In this document: one piece after another, positions 28,426-37,662 of the stretch
Position numbering within the stretch: position 1 is the first letter of the stretch
How the letters are laid out: each line of letters begins with the position of its first letter
DNA from: an uncultured bacterium
GTDB taxonomy: Bacteria; CAYUVA01
DNA length: 64,000 nucleotides
Direction of reading: 5' to 3'
Assembly (NCBI GenBank): GCA_964448115.1
Contig: CAYUVA010000015.1
Coordinates: 3,953-67,952 of the forward strand
Program-made: the position numbers and the translations under genes
Notes under the pieces: generated by a model
The model's database searches: none
What the model saw: the letters and a program-made list of their open reading frames with translations, nothing else
What the model was told of the DNA's origin: nothing

Positions 28426-28454
28426 TTGACTGCTTGATCGCAAAGGCTTAGTAT
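28426..28454 (+). promoter_or_regulatory. candidate sigma70 promoter for the secretin gene (would give a near-leaderless transcript)
   Basis: TTGACT (28426-28431), 17-nt spacer, TAGTAT (28449-28454). The ATG is at 28464, only 9 nt after the -10 element. Confidence 0.3.
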
Positions 28455-28463
28455 GCTTTCAGG

Positions 28464-30737
28464 ATGTCTAAACCTAGGATATGGAGTGGCTTGGCTTTTA
28501 TCATCAGCAGCAGCATACTCCTTTGTAGTCTCCTGGCTGGTTGTACCGCGACCAGGGAGTATCGCAAAGGGATAAAATACGAGGAAGCTGGAGAATACGA
28601 CCAGGCTATAGCTCATTACGAGAAGGCTCTGATTGCCAAGCCGGATGATATTGAGATACGCACCCGCTTGGAATCGCTGCGTTCCAGGGCTGCTCAAAAG
28701 GCACTACAGCCAGCCCGCGAAGCATTTACTAAAGGGAAATTCGACCATGCTGAGAAGCTGTTCCTCAAAGCCTTAAGCTACCAGCCGGCAAATGCTGAAG
28801 CACTATATTACCTTGAGAAGATCGAGAAGCTCCACAAAAGGCAACAGCTTATTGCTTCCATTCAGAATCTGATAAAAGAGGGCAAATACGAAAACGCCAA
28901 AGAGCTATTAACTCAACTAAATTCAATAAGTCCAGGCGAACCGGTCGCTGCCGGGCTTGGTGAACAACTAAATAAAGCGCTTTCAGGTGCTGCATCGGGA
29001 AGCTCGGCATTGTCCCCGCTCCAACACCGACTTGCTTTTGTATTCAAGGATGCACCGATGTCGGCTGTGCTCGATTCGATCTCTGATGCTTCTGGGATTA
29101 CCATCCTCTATGATGATTCAGTCGGAAAAAAGAAGGTCTCGGTCAATATCAAAGAGACAACGGTAGAAAAGGCGCTCGAATATCTGGTCAGAATCTATGA
29201 CCTGATAAAAGAGGAGATCGATCCCTACACTATCTTACTGGTGGAAAACAACGCCATCAATCGAAAGAAGCTAGCACGAGAACAGGTTAAGTCTTTCGCA
29301 TTGAACTACCTGCCAGCCGAAGATATGCTCAGATTGCTGAAGCCACTAGTGCCAGAGGCTGCCATTGCGGTGAACAGCTCCAACAACATCATCGTGATGC
29401 GCGGAACCCCGCGGGCTTTATCAATCGCCCAGAGCATAATCGAGGCAAATGATAGGCGGAGGCTCGAAGTCCTGGTCGATGTGGAGCTTCTGGAGGTCAA
29501 TCGATCACTTTTAAGATCAATCGGCAGCGATCTGGGGAAAAGTCCCATAATCAAAGGCTCAATTATTACTCCCAGCGCTTCAGGGGAATCCTCAACCGCA
29601 AGCGGCATCCCTCTATCAGAGCTGCTCGAGCTGGACGCCGAGTCTTTCGTCTTCGAGCTTCCCGATTTCTATGTACGATTGCTCAGACAGCACGCTGCCA
29701 GCAGGCTTTTAGCAAACCCGCGCATCAGGATTCTCTCCGGCGAACAAGCCAGCCTTCATATCGGAGACAAGGTGCCTATCGAGACCACTCGCCGCCGAGA
29801 CTTCGACACCAACGAGGAGGTATTCAGCTACGAGTACAAGGATGTTGGCATCAAGCTGAGTATCAAGCCCTTTATCCACAACCAAGAAGAGACAACCCTG
29901 CATATTACCGTAGAGGTAAGCTCCATCGTAGATAATGCGACAACCACAAGCCCCACCATCGGCACCAGGAACCTTGAGACCACACTTCGACTGAAGGATG
30001 GACAGACCGAGGTCATAGCCGGGTTAATACGAGACGATGAGAGAATTACTCATACACAGATACCGTTGCTTGGTTCTATTCCTCTAATGGGTAGCCTGTT
30101 CTCCTCATCAGATCGCGATGTGCGCGAAACCGAGATAGTAATGACCCTCAGACCGGTTATCAGACATGGCGATGAGTCTCAAGATAAAATGACCGAGCTA
30201 TGGAGTGGCAAACCATTGGCTTATACAAGCGACCTTGGCACGCTGAGATCGGAAAAAGATGCAACAACATTACAAGTGCCCGAAGCAATCCCCAGTGCCG
30301 CTCTTCCAGAGGGAATCCCCTCACCTGCAAAAATCTACCTGGCGCCATCTACAAGGCATCTAAAGCCAGGAGAGACAACCAATCTTCTTGTTAAAATTGA
30401 AAATGCCACTGATGTAAACAGTATCTCTTTTTACCTTGAGTTCACCCCCCAAGTTCTTGAAGTTACCTCGGTTCAAGAGGGAGATTTCCTTGCCAAAGAT
30501 GGTGTACCAACGACATTCTTGCATTCGCTCGATACCGAGTTGGGGCGACTGATAATAGGCAATGCAAGGCTCAGCACAGAAAAGGGAGCTGATGGAAAGG
30601 GAACTATAATGACCCTCGAACTGAAGGCATTGCGAGATGGAAGCTCACGGCTGGTCTTTACCAATGGACTATTGTTGGGCAGCCAAGGAGCACTACCGGT
30701 CAGCTTTACACCAGGCAAGATAACTGTAACTCAGTGA
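28464..30737 (+). CDS. secretin-family outer-membrane lipoprotein with N-terminal TPR region and C-terminal cohesin-like domain
   Basis: Lipobox LLAGC. TPR-like repeats (aa about 30-170). Secretin core (LLANPRIRILSGEQASLHIGDKVPI ... IPLLGSIPLMGSLF). C-terminal segment LEFTPQVLEVTSVQEGDFL... is cohesin-like. Confidence 0.82.
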   Translation: MSKPRIWSGLAFIISSSILLCSLLAGCTATREYRKGIKYEEAGEYDQAIAHYEKALIAKPDDIEIRTRLESLRSRAAQKALQPAREAFTKGKFDHAEKLFLKALSYQPANAEALYYLEKIEKLHKRQQLIASIQNLIKEGKYENAKELLTQLNSISPGEPVAAGLGEQLNKALSGAASGSSALSPLQHRLAFVFKDAPMSAVLDSISDASGITILYDDSVGKKKVSVNIKETTVEKALEYLVRIYDLIKEEIDPYTILLVENNAINRKKLAREQVKSFALNYLPAEDMLRLLKPLVPEAAIAVNSSNNIIVMRGTPRALSIAQSIIEANDRRRLEVLVDVELLEVNRSLLRSIGSDLGKSPIIKGSIITPSASGESSTASGIPLSELLELDAESFVFELPDFYVRLLRQHAASRLLANPRIRILSGEQASLHIGDKVPIETTRRRDFDTNEEVFSYEYKDVGIKLSIKPFIHNQEETTLHITVEVSSIVDNATTTSPTIGTRNLETTLRLKDGQTEVIAGLIRDDERITHTQIPLLGSIPLMGSLFSSSDRDVRETEIVMTLRPVIRHGDESQDKMTELWSGKPLAYTSDLGTLRSEKDATTLQVPEAIPSAALPEGIPSPAKIYLAPSTRHLKPGETTNLLVKIENATDVNSISFYLEFTPQVLEVTSVQEGDFLAKDGVPTTFLHSLDTELGRLIIGNARLSTEKGADGKGTIMTLELKALRDGSSRLVFTNGLLLGSQGALPVSFTPGKITVTQ

Positions 30738-32197
30738 TAAAGCAGGCAAACAGCATCCACAAGGCATTAGGGATCCTGCTGTTTTTTATGTTGTTTTTTT
30801 CTCCGCTGGTTTTTTCTCCCTTTAGCTTCAGTATCTTCAGGCAGCCGAAGCTATGGTTTTCCCTGACGCTAATTCTAATGGTGATGATCTTAAGAGGTTT
30901 ATTACCGAATTCCTCACCAGCTTACACCAGGCTCAAAAGTAAAGATAATTCCTCTCTCCCCAGCCCTCTCCCAGGGGGAGAGGGAGATCCTGTCCCCTCT
31001 CCCCGTGGGAGAGGGTCAGGGAGAGGGTTTAACTCTAATGGTTCTACTAATGTAATTTACACGAGTAGCGATAATAAAGGTAAACTTTTTCATGATTACC
31101 CGCTAAGGCTTCTGATTATCCCAGGCATCATCATTGCAGCGCTCAATATCGCCTTTTCATCGCACCCGCTGCTAAGTGCTAAATACTACTGCATTATAGC
31201 TTTGTTTTTTTATCTGCACCTGGTCGTTGCCGTTGATTTTTCGGGCATTGGCTCGCGGAGGTATCTGCTTATCGGGATGCTTAGCGGCGCAGTAATATCA
31301 TCGATCTACTCGATTATGCAGTTCATGGACATCGAGCCGATCTTCGAGCGAGCCGAGCGGGTCAAGTACCTCGGTTCAGCGATCTACAGCGCAGCCTTCA
31401 TGGGGCAGCCGACTTTGTTGGCAGGCTATCTTTGCGTGATGCCCTTTATTTTTCTGTGGCTTGCGATGCGTGCTAGCAAGCGCTGGCATAATATCGCAGG
31501 GCTTCTTGGATTTATGCTGACCACTGCGAGCCTGTTCGTAACCCAATCACGGGGCGCATTTGTCGGCTATGGAGTCGGCATGGTCGCCCTAACAGCGATT
31601 TTACTGAGATACCGCATATCGAGGCGGGCTGTAGGGTTCATTATAGCAATGATGCTATGTTTTATAGTGGCATCATCGGCTTATATCGCCACCAACAAGG
31701 ACTTTCGCGCCAAGATCATGCGCGGGATCAAGCTCAAGGGAAGCTATTCAGCAGCGACCAGGATCTTCTTCTGGCGGGTGGCGTTTGAGATGATGCGAGA
31801 GCGACCGATTATAGGCGTTGGACTGGGGAGATACGGCTATCATTACTATGATGTTGAGGTGATGCTCCACCGTGAGGGCAAGACCAGCCTAGCCACTGCC
31901 AAGGATGCGATGATCTTGCAGGCGCACAACGAGTTTATCCAGGTCGCCGCCGAGCTTGGTGCGCTGGGATTTTTATTATTTCTCGCCTTCAATCTAGGCA
32001 TCTTCAAGGTTGGCTTGCGCAAGCTAAGCCTTTATCGAGGTTATCCCCCAGATCAGCTATTCCAAGCCTGCCTCTTATCAGCGTTGATTTGCCTCTTGAC
32101 CTACAGTTTATTCAGCTTCCCGCTTCATATAGCCCCCTCCGCGCTGAACTATGTAGTGATAGGCGCGATGCTGTCGGGTAGGGGAAAAATTACTTAA
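30734..32197 (+). CDS. O-antigen ligase (Wzy_C) family polytopic membrane protein
   Basis: 487 aa with about 10-12 hydrophobic helices. Wzy_C-like loop (TQSRGAFVG...). Late motif ILQAHNEFIQVAAELG. The GTG start overlaps the secretin stop. Confidence 0.78.
   Translation: MIKQANSIHKALGILLFFMLFFSPLVFSPFSFSIFRQPKLWFSLTLILMVMILRGLLPNSSPAYTRLKSKDNSSLPSPLPGGEGDPVPSPRGRGSGRGFNSNGSTNVIYTSSDNKGKLFHDYPLRLLIIPGIIIAALNIAFSSHPLLSAKYYCIIALFFYLHLVVAVDFSGIGSRRYLLIGMLSGAVISSIYSIMQFMDIEPIFERAERVKYLGSAIYSAAFMGQPTLLAGYLCVMPFIFLWLAMRASKRWHNIAGLLGFMLTTASLFVTQSRGAFVGYGVGMVALTAILLRYRISRRAVGFIIAMMLCFIVASSAYIATNKDFRAKIMRGIKLKGSYSAATRIFFWRVAFEMMRERPIIGVGLGRYGYHYYDVEVMLHREGKTSLATAKDAMILQAHNEFIQVAAELGALGFLLFLAFNLGIFKVGLRKLSLYRGYPPDQLFQACLLSALICLLTYSLFSFPLHIAPSALNYVVIGAMLSGRGKIT
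30951..31027. repeat. compound palindromic G/C-rich repeat (two tandem hairpins plus a flanking partial copy) embedded in-frame in the ligase gene
   Basis: CCCTCTCCC(30964-30972)-AGG-GGGAGAGGG(30976-30984). CCCTCTCCC(30995-31003)-CGT-GGGAGAGGG(31007-31015). A further GGGAGAGGG at 31019-31027 faces CCTCTCTCCCC at 30951-30961. Confidence 0.6.
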
Positions 32198-32210
32198 ATG
32201 ATTAATTATC

Positions 32211-33701
32211 TTATTGAGGTCCAAAATATCCTTTAGATTTAGTTTGATAGAATTTGAAATCGATAGTTTTTTTATTATTAGAATATAATTTATCTATTAT
32301 TTTATTTATTTCATTTAAATTCATGCTTGATGGATCATTGATTTCCTTATTTGCAACCAATTCATCAACAATATTATCAATAATTCTCATAAATATTCCT
32401 TGTTGGAAATATTCCTTATTATATGGTGGATAAGTAAACAGTATATTCATACCTTTTTTGAAATTCATTATTTTAAATAAAGCTTCTTGGCATTTTTGAC
32501 AAATAATAGTCTTATTTTTTATAATATTATTAACTGAATTACCCCAATAATGCATTGATTTTTTATCAATATTGTTATTGTTATTATTCTCAAATATCTT
32601 TATTTCATTTATGGAATTATATTTTCTATATCTTATTTCTTCAACAGAAAATTTAACACTTCCAAATCCGAAGGGTTTACCAAATCCTATTTTATGATAT
32701 ATATTTAATGGCAATGCTAAAGAATAGGTAATTAAATTTAATAATTGGTTAGATATTCCATCAAAATATATTCTAAACACATCTGATTTACTATTCTCAA
32801 TCATTGCTTCTACTTTATACTTATATATAATGGGCAATTCATCTGAATTTATTCTTTCATTTCTTCTATCATTATAGTGTAATTTTCTCCAGTTATTTTG
32901 ATACCATTCAAGACATTTATTATGATCTTGATGATAATAAAATTTTCTACCTCTGTATTTATTTCCAATAAATTCTGCAAATTCTTTTCTATCAACAGTC
33001 CTATATTCTATATCTTTAGGAGTGAAATACCACCAATTTGACATGCTAGGAGATGGTCCCCCAAGATAAGATTTACCTTCAATATCAGGCAAAAAATATT
33101 TACTACTTAAATTTTCTACATTAATAGAGGCATCTTCAATAGATATTCTTCCTTTAAGAGAAAATGCATCATTATTATCATCTTCCTTTTCAAAGATCTG
33201 TCCAAATAAAAAAGTTGAAATATCTAATTCCCATTCATTAAAAGGATCTTGATTAAGAGGTCTCTTGGGTCGATATTTTTTACTAAGTGCATAATTCTCA
33301 TTCTTCCATATCCGGTCTCCTATTTTAATGGTATAAGAATCAAAGACATTATAGCCTTTATGTCTTCCTTTCGTTTTTCGTGAACCTTTTATTTTCTCAT
33401 ATGTTTGGTTGTATTTACCTAACCAACCATCAGTTACAGCCTCAATAAAGCTTCTTAACATTCCTCTAATAGTAGAGCTAGGAATTATGGCTTTATTATC
33501 TTCTCTGTAAAATTTACTTTCTTTTATTCTTTTTTCGCTCTCTGGAATCTGTTGACCCACAATATGTACAGGAGTCAATGCTTGAATATATAGCTCTATA
33601 TATCCTTCATATAATTCTCCCGAGGTCAAATCCTCATATTTGAAGAGATTTGGCTTATCACCAAACGGCACGAAATCATAAGGATTAGGTGGATGTGACA
33701 T
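32211..33701 (-). CDS. RAMP-superfamily protein (Cas7-group, Cmr6/Csm5/TIGR03986-like)
   Basis: 496 aa. The N-terminus MSHPPNPYDFVPF is the P-Y-[DN]-F-V-P start I associate with TIGR03986-type RAMPs. Beta1 YIQALTPVHIVG, AIIPSSTIRGMLRS, and glycine-rich loop GFGKPFGFGSVKF. 17-nt overlap with the upstream gene. Very AT-rich. Confidence 0.72.
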   Translation of the reverse strand: MSHPPNPYDFVPFGDKPNLFKYEDLTSGELYEGYIELYIQALTPVHIVGQQIPESEKRIKESKFYREDNKAIIPSSTIRGMLRSFIEAVTDGWLGKYNQTYEKIKGSRKTKGRHKGYNVFDSYTIKIGDRIWKNENYALSKKYRPKRPLNQDPFNEWELDISTFLFGQIFEKEDDNNDAFSLKGRISIEDASINVENLSSKYFLPDIEGKSYLGGPSPSMSNWWYFTPKDIEYRTVDRKEFAEFIGNKYRGRKFYYHQDHNKCLEWYQNNWRKLHYNDRRNERINSDELPIIYKYKVEAMIENSKSDVFRIYFDGISNQLLNLITYSLALPLNIYHKIGFGKPFGFGSVKFSVEEIRYRKYNSINEIKIFENNNNNNIDKKSMHYWGNSVNNIIKNKTIICQKCQEALFKIMNFKKGMNILFTYPPYNKEYFQQGIFMRIIDNIVDELVANKEINDPSSMNLNEINKIIDKLYSNNKKTIDFKFYQTKSKGYFGPQ

Positions 33702-34788
33702 TTTTTTCCTCCTTTATTCCTAAGGCTTCTCTTAGTACTTTTTTCGCTTCCTCATCGAATTCAAGTGTTATATTTTCTCTACGTAAAAGATCCTCAAGAA
33801 GATCTTCTTTATTATTTTCCTCACTGGAATCTGCTGTTTTCTTAACCACATATTCCTTCTCATCTTCATTAACTATACTCACCCTCCCCCTGCCGACGGA
33901 GGAGAGGGCGCCGAAGCGGATCATCCCATACTCGATCTCACGCTTCCATAATGCCATAAGCGCCATGTGTACACGCTCAGGCTCACGGATGGTGAAGGTA
34001 ACCTCAAACTCCATATTCCTGCCGAACTCTACGAAGGTGTGCAGCCCGCCTGACACCGATGCATGTGTTACCCTGTCCAGCGGATTGCGCATCTTTATAT
34101 GACGAATAGCGTTTGAGGGATCATAAACACTATCAGGCGTCCACTTTCCACAAGCTCCAGGTTCTTTCGTGCCTCCTGATAGTTTCCCTACCTCAATCTG
34201 CAAGCGCCCTTTATATCCTTTAGGTTCCTTTTTATTTGATTTTTCCTTGTCCTCTTGCTTCTTGTCGCTGTCCTCTTTACTCGTGTCGAGGGCTTGTCCG
34301 AACAAGCTAAAGACTAACTGCCACCCGGGATCCTTTAGCGCATTTTCTTGTTTTTTCTTGTAATTTTCATCAGCTTCTTCCTTTTTCTTCTGTATAAAGG
34401 CATCCCAATATTTTTCCTTCACCAGGTGTCTGATAGTCCAATTTCTCAAGGCTCCCCTGATCGCAGAGGCAGGGATGGTGTAAACAGGTTTTACTTCATT
34501 GTTCTCAAGAAACAATGTCATATAAGGTAGAGTAACCTGGGAAAATTTTTTATCATCCTCTCGGTCCGATTTATCTCTTGGTATCATTCTAAATTGACAT
34601 TCGCTTCCCCTTGCTTTTCCTATAGGCTTACCATCATTACCTATCGGGCTTTGTCGCCAAGAGGCATTGTGCGTACTCCGAATGAGCAGAGGTGTCTCGG
34701 TCTTAAATGTCCATTTAATGACCGCCAGGCTAGTCAGCTCAGAATAATCAGGTATCTTTTTGTCTTTATTACTAGTTTCGTTGATCAT
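33685..34788 (-). CDS. RAMP-superfamily protein (Cas7-like, large insertions)
   Basis: Start moved to the ATG at 34788 (MINETSNK...), giving 367 aa. FKTETPLLIRS, YTIPASAIRGALRNW, SLFGQA, and G-rich loop GALSSVGRGRVSI. 17-nt overlaps with the genes on both sides. Confidence 0.68.
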   Translation of the reverse strand: MINETSNKDKKIPDYSELTSLAVIKWTFKTETPLLIRSTHNASWRQSPIGNDGKPIGKARGSECQFRMIPRDKSDREDDKKFSQVTLPYMTLFLENNEVKPVYTIPASAIRGALRNWTIRHLVKEKYWDAFIQKKKEEADENYKKKQENALKDPGWQLVFSLFGQALDTSKEDSDKKQEDKEKSNKKEPKGYKGRLQIEVGKLSGGTKEPGACGKWTPDSVYDPSNAIRHIKMRNPLDRVTHASVSGGLHTFVEFGRNMEFEVTFTIREPERVHMALMALWKREIEYGMIRFGALSSVGRGRVSIVNEDEKEYVVKKTADSSEENNKEDLLEDLLRRENITLEFDEEAKKVLREALGIKEEKNVTST

Positions 34789-35824
34789 TTTGATTATCCT
34801 CCAATGCCTTAAAGAAGGCTTCTTTTGCTTTTTGTATGAATTCATCCTTCTTACCAGTTATATCTTCAAGGGCATTATAACCAGCTTCGTTCTTATCCAT
34901 TAGATTCTTTATCCAATCGCTTATTTTATCAGATTTCAACTCCTCTATCTTTGTTAGATTCCATTCAAACCTTCCAAATCCCCTAGTTGCCATAGCACCG
35001 AGGGTTAATGGGTAGATATCGGAGTTGAATCCCTCAAGCCCGAACAATAGCAGTCCAATCTCTAGTGGGGATAAATTCTGCCCACAGATTTCCACTTTGA
35101 ACTCGATTCCCTCCGGCACCACCTCAAAGTCATATAAAAGATGTTTACCGGCGGTGCCAGTTTTAGGATCAATAGCTACAGACATCAAACGATATGTGTA
35201 TTCATTAGGTTTCCAATCCAATAACCAGTTCTTTTTATTATCATCCTTATCATCCCAATTGGGTATGCTATTACTTGAAGGATTAGAGATGCATTTGGCA
35301 TCCCAGAATTCGAGTTTGCCTTCATGATATGTTGTGCCAAACATGGTCCCAAGCCAGCCATAATTTTCAAGGATTTTTTTCTTTTTTAATTTTAAATACT
35401 CTTCCTTCTTTTCTTTATCTGTAAGCATTCTACCATCTTTTTCTAATTCTTTTATTATATTTTCTAATTCTTTATTAAACTCTTCATCTTTAATAGCCCT
35501 ATATGATCTATTTAATTCATTACTATGTAATTTATAAAGATTATTCGTATCTTTCTTGTTAATTGATCTAATCACTTGATCTAACCAGCTATATAGACTT
35601 CCTTGTAATGCACTACCTGGTATGATTGGTTTACCCTTAAAATCTTTTACGATATAGGTATCGATTTTTTTCCTTTTTTCTCCCTTTCTTTCGACTGTTT
35701 TTTCTTCTTCTTTTCCTGAGCCTATGTGAAGTGGCGATAAGGTTTTGAGTGTCCCCGTGATTTTTATCCTGTTATCGAAGCCTTCTCCTTTGAATTTAGG
35801 CTTGTCATTCGTTGAGTTGCTCAT
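34772..35824 (-). CDS. RAMP-superfamily protein, Cas7 (Csm3/Cmr4-like)
   Basis: 350 aa. LKTLSPLHIGSG, KIDTYIVKDFKGKPIIPGSALQGSLYSW, MFGTT, and G-rich loop ATRGFGRFEW. A K/E-rich helical insertion follows the first core motifs. Confidence 0.8.
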   Translation of the reverse strand: MSNSTNDKPKFKGEGFDNRIKITGTLKTLSPLHIGSGKEEEKTVERKGEKRKKIDTYIVKDFKGKPIIPGSALQGSLYSWLDQVIRSINKKDTNNLYKLHSNELNRSYRAIKDEEFNKELENIIKELEKDGRMLTDKEKKEEYLKLKKKKILENYGWLGTMFGTTYHEGKLEFWDAKCISNPSSNSIPNWDDKDDNKKNWLLDWKPNEYTYRLMSVAIDPKTGTAGKHLLYDFEVVPEGIEFKVEICGQNLSPLEIGLLLFGLEGFNSDIYPLTLGAMATRGFGRFEWNLTKIEELKSDKISDWIKNLMDKNEAGYNALEDITGKKDEFIQKAKEAFFKALEDNQNDQRN

Positions 35825-35835
35825 TTTTCCCTCCC

Positions 35836-37662
35836 TTATAGATATTTATTGTAGAAACATACATTTGTTATTAGCACTTCCCCAAAGCCATTCTCCGGCA
35901 CAAAGGGGCATTTATCCCACGCTTTATCCCCATTAGCTTCATATTTCTCTTTAGCCCAATCTGGTATAGGTAATCCCTTATTATACCATTCATACATCTT
36001 ATTTTTTGCTTTGTCCTTTATTTTAAGTTTAAAGATACTTCCCGCTTTCGTTAGATAAAATGGATAATATTTTTTATTGCCTTGAAATCTCTTTAGAAGA
36101 TAACCGCCCTTCATAACCTGTGCTGCAAAGAAATCAACTAATTTGAGTGATCCGCCTGATACCTCGTTCCAATATTTATTATAAAGCTTTTTGAGTTCAT
36201 CGCCCGAATGCTCCATTATCATATCATCCGGATTGATCATCAGCGCATCCGATTGCAGGGCAATGAGCACCTCTTTGGTGTTCTCATCAAGCTGAGGTGG
36301 CTGGTGGCACTTATGCGCGGGCAGTGGCTCCAGGTATGCCTTGATTTTGCTGCATCCCTTGCCGAGTCGGCGAAAATGGGAATGTACAAACTCAAACAAA
36401 TCCTTTAGCACTGCATTTCTTTCATTTTCATCCACTCCATCCAACATAACCTCTCCGAGCCATAATATTGGTGCTTTATTGCTATCATGAGGACAGACAT
36501 ACTGGTAAGTATATAATGAGTTTTCTTTAGCGGATCGGAAATCACCCTCTATAGCAGTCCTTGAGTAGAAAAAGCGCCGCGGCGATACCCACCCGAAACG
36601 TTTTTTAATGTAAGAGTCATCCTTCCAATCAACCTGGAACTTTAAAACTCCTCGCTTAATAACATCCTTTTCGTAATCTTTGTTATCGAATGTCAGTATA
36701 TTCAAATAACATCCATTAACCTCCGCAATTGAATAAGGTATCACAATCGGTCTCGGCTTTTCCTTATAAGTAGGAAATGCGTGGGTAAAGCGAATTTTGC
36801 TGAAGTTTTCTTTTAGTTTTGCGAACTCATGATTTCCTGACACGACTTCTTTATTTAAACTATCTGGATCGGTTACCCTGTTTATATCAGCAGCTAGAGA
36901 GCCTTTGATGACTGCTCCGCTGATTATTTCTTCAGACTCAAGATAATTGCCCTTTTTCCTCGTACCTCCGAGCAGTAAAGGCTCCTCAGCCTCTATCCGT
37001 AGAAGGTAGCGTGTTTGGTTATTCTCTGTGGGTGAGTTATTGGGAACATTATCATTGACCTCGCATCGCTTAAGCTCGCATTTCTTAAGTTCGATGTCCA
37101 CACTCTGCACAGCGCCGAAGCCGACGGTCTTGAAGCCACCAAAGCCTGTAATCCACCTCAACGCAGGCTTCAGGGCATTGCATATCTCATCCGCCTTCGC
37201 TTCATCTAGGGCATAGAAAGATATTTTACCATTAAATTTAACAGTCATCCCTCTTGGGAATGGCATTTCAATAGATAAAAGTGCAGTTTCCTTTGTGGTT
37301 TTAAATGTCGGATCAATGCTTATGCGGTGGGCGTATTCGTTATCCAGAGTCTTTTCCAGGGGATAGAAATTGGATATCTCTAAAAGTCCTCTGTGGGGCC
37401 CGGGGTCATTTTCATCAGCTCCCTTGCCAAATAGTTTTTCTATAAATGATTTGCTAGATGTATTAAGCTCCTTCATCGCTTCTCGCAGCTTACCCTTGAT
37501 ATGACTCGAAGGGATGCAGATTCTATCCATGAAGTCTCGATGAAACATAACATCGATGCCGTACTCGGTTTTGCTAGTCGCCTTGACCATTATAGGCGCT
37601 CTTACATGGAAGGTAACATTAAGCTCGTATTTGAGTGCAAGTTGATTATTAGTTGTCATCAT
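35836..37662 (-). CDS. double-RAMP fusion: N-terminal Cas7-like domain plus C-terminal Cas5 (Cmr3/Csm4/Csx10)-like domain
   Basis: 608 aa. Domain 1 (aa about 1-195): GIDVMFHRDFMDRICIPSSHIKGKLREA, KLFGKG, GFGGFKTVGFGAV. Domain 2 (aa about 215-608): LLRIEAEEPLLLGG...EEIISGAVIKGSLAADI, C-terminal YLTKAGSIFKL and PENGFGEVLI. Confidence 0.68.
   Translation of the reverse strand: MMTTNNQLALKYELNVTFHVRAPIMVKATSKTEYGIDVMFHRDFMDRICIPSSHIKGKLREAMKELNTSSKSFIEKLFGKGADENDPGPHRGLLEISNFYPLEKTLDNEYAHRISIDPTFKTTKETALLSIEMPFPRGMTVKFNGKISFYALDEAKADEICNALKPALRWITGFGGFKTVGFGAVQSVDIELKKCELKRCEVNDNVPNNSPTENNQTRYLLRIEAEEPLLLGGTRKKGNYLESEEIISGAVIKGSLAADINRVTDPDSLNKEVVSGNHEFAKLKENFSKIRFTHAFPTYKEKPRPIVIPYSIAEVNGCYLNILTFDNKDYEKDVIKRGVLKFQVDWKDDSYIKKRFGWVSPRRFFYSRTAIEGDFRSAKENSLYTYQYVCPHDSNKAPILWLGEVMLDGVDENERNAVLKDLFEFVHSHFRRLGKGCSKIKAYLEPLPAHKCHQPPQLDENTKEVLIALQSDALMINPDDMIMEHSGDELKKLYNKYWNEVSGGSLKLVDFFAAQVMKGGYLLKRFQGNKKYYPFYLTKAGSIFKLKIKDKAKNKMYEWYNKGLPIPDWAKEKYEANGDKAWDKCPFVPENGFGEVLITNVCFYNKYL

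Noticed and set aside
33689-35327. + strand ORFs (137, 64, 60, 72 and 100 aa) inside the RAMP genes
   Set aside because: They are Ser/Phe/Leu-rich antisense translations of AT-rich coding DNA. The minus-strand frames carry the RAMP motifs.
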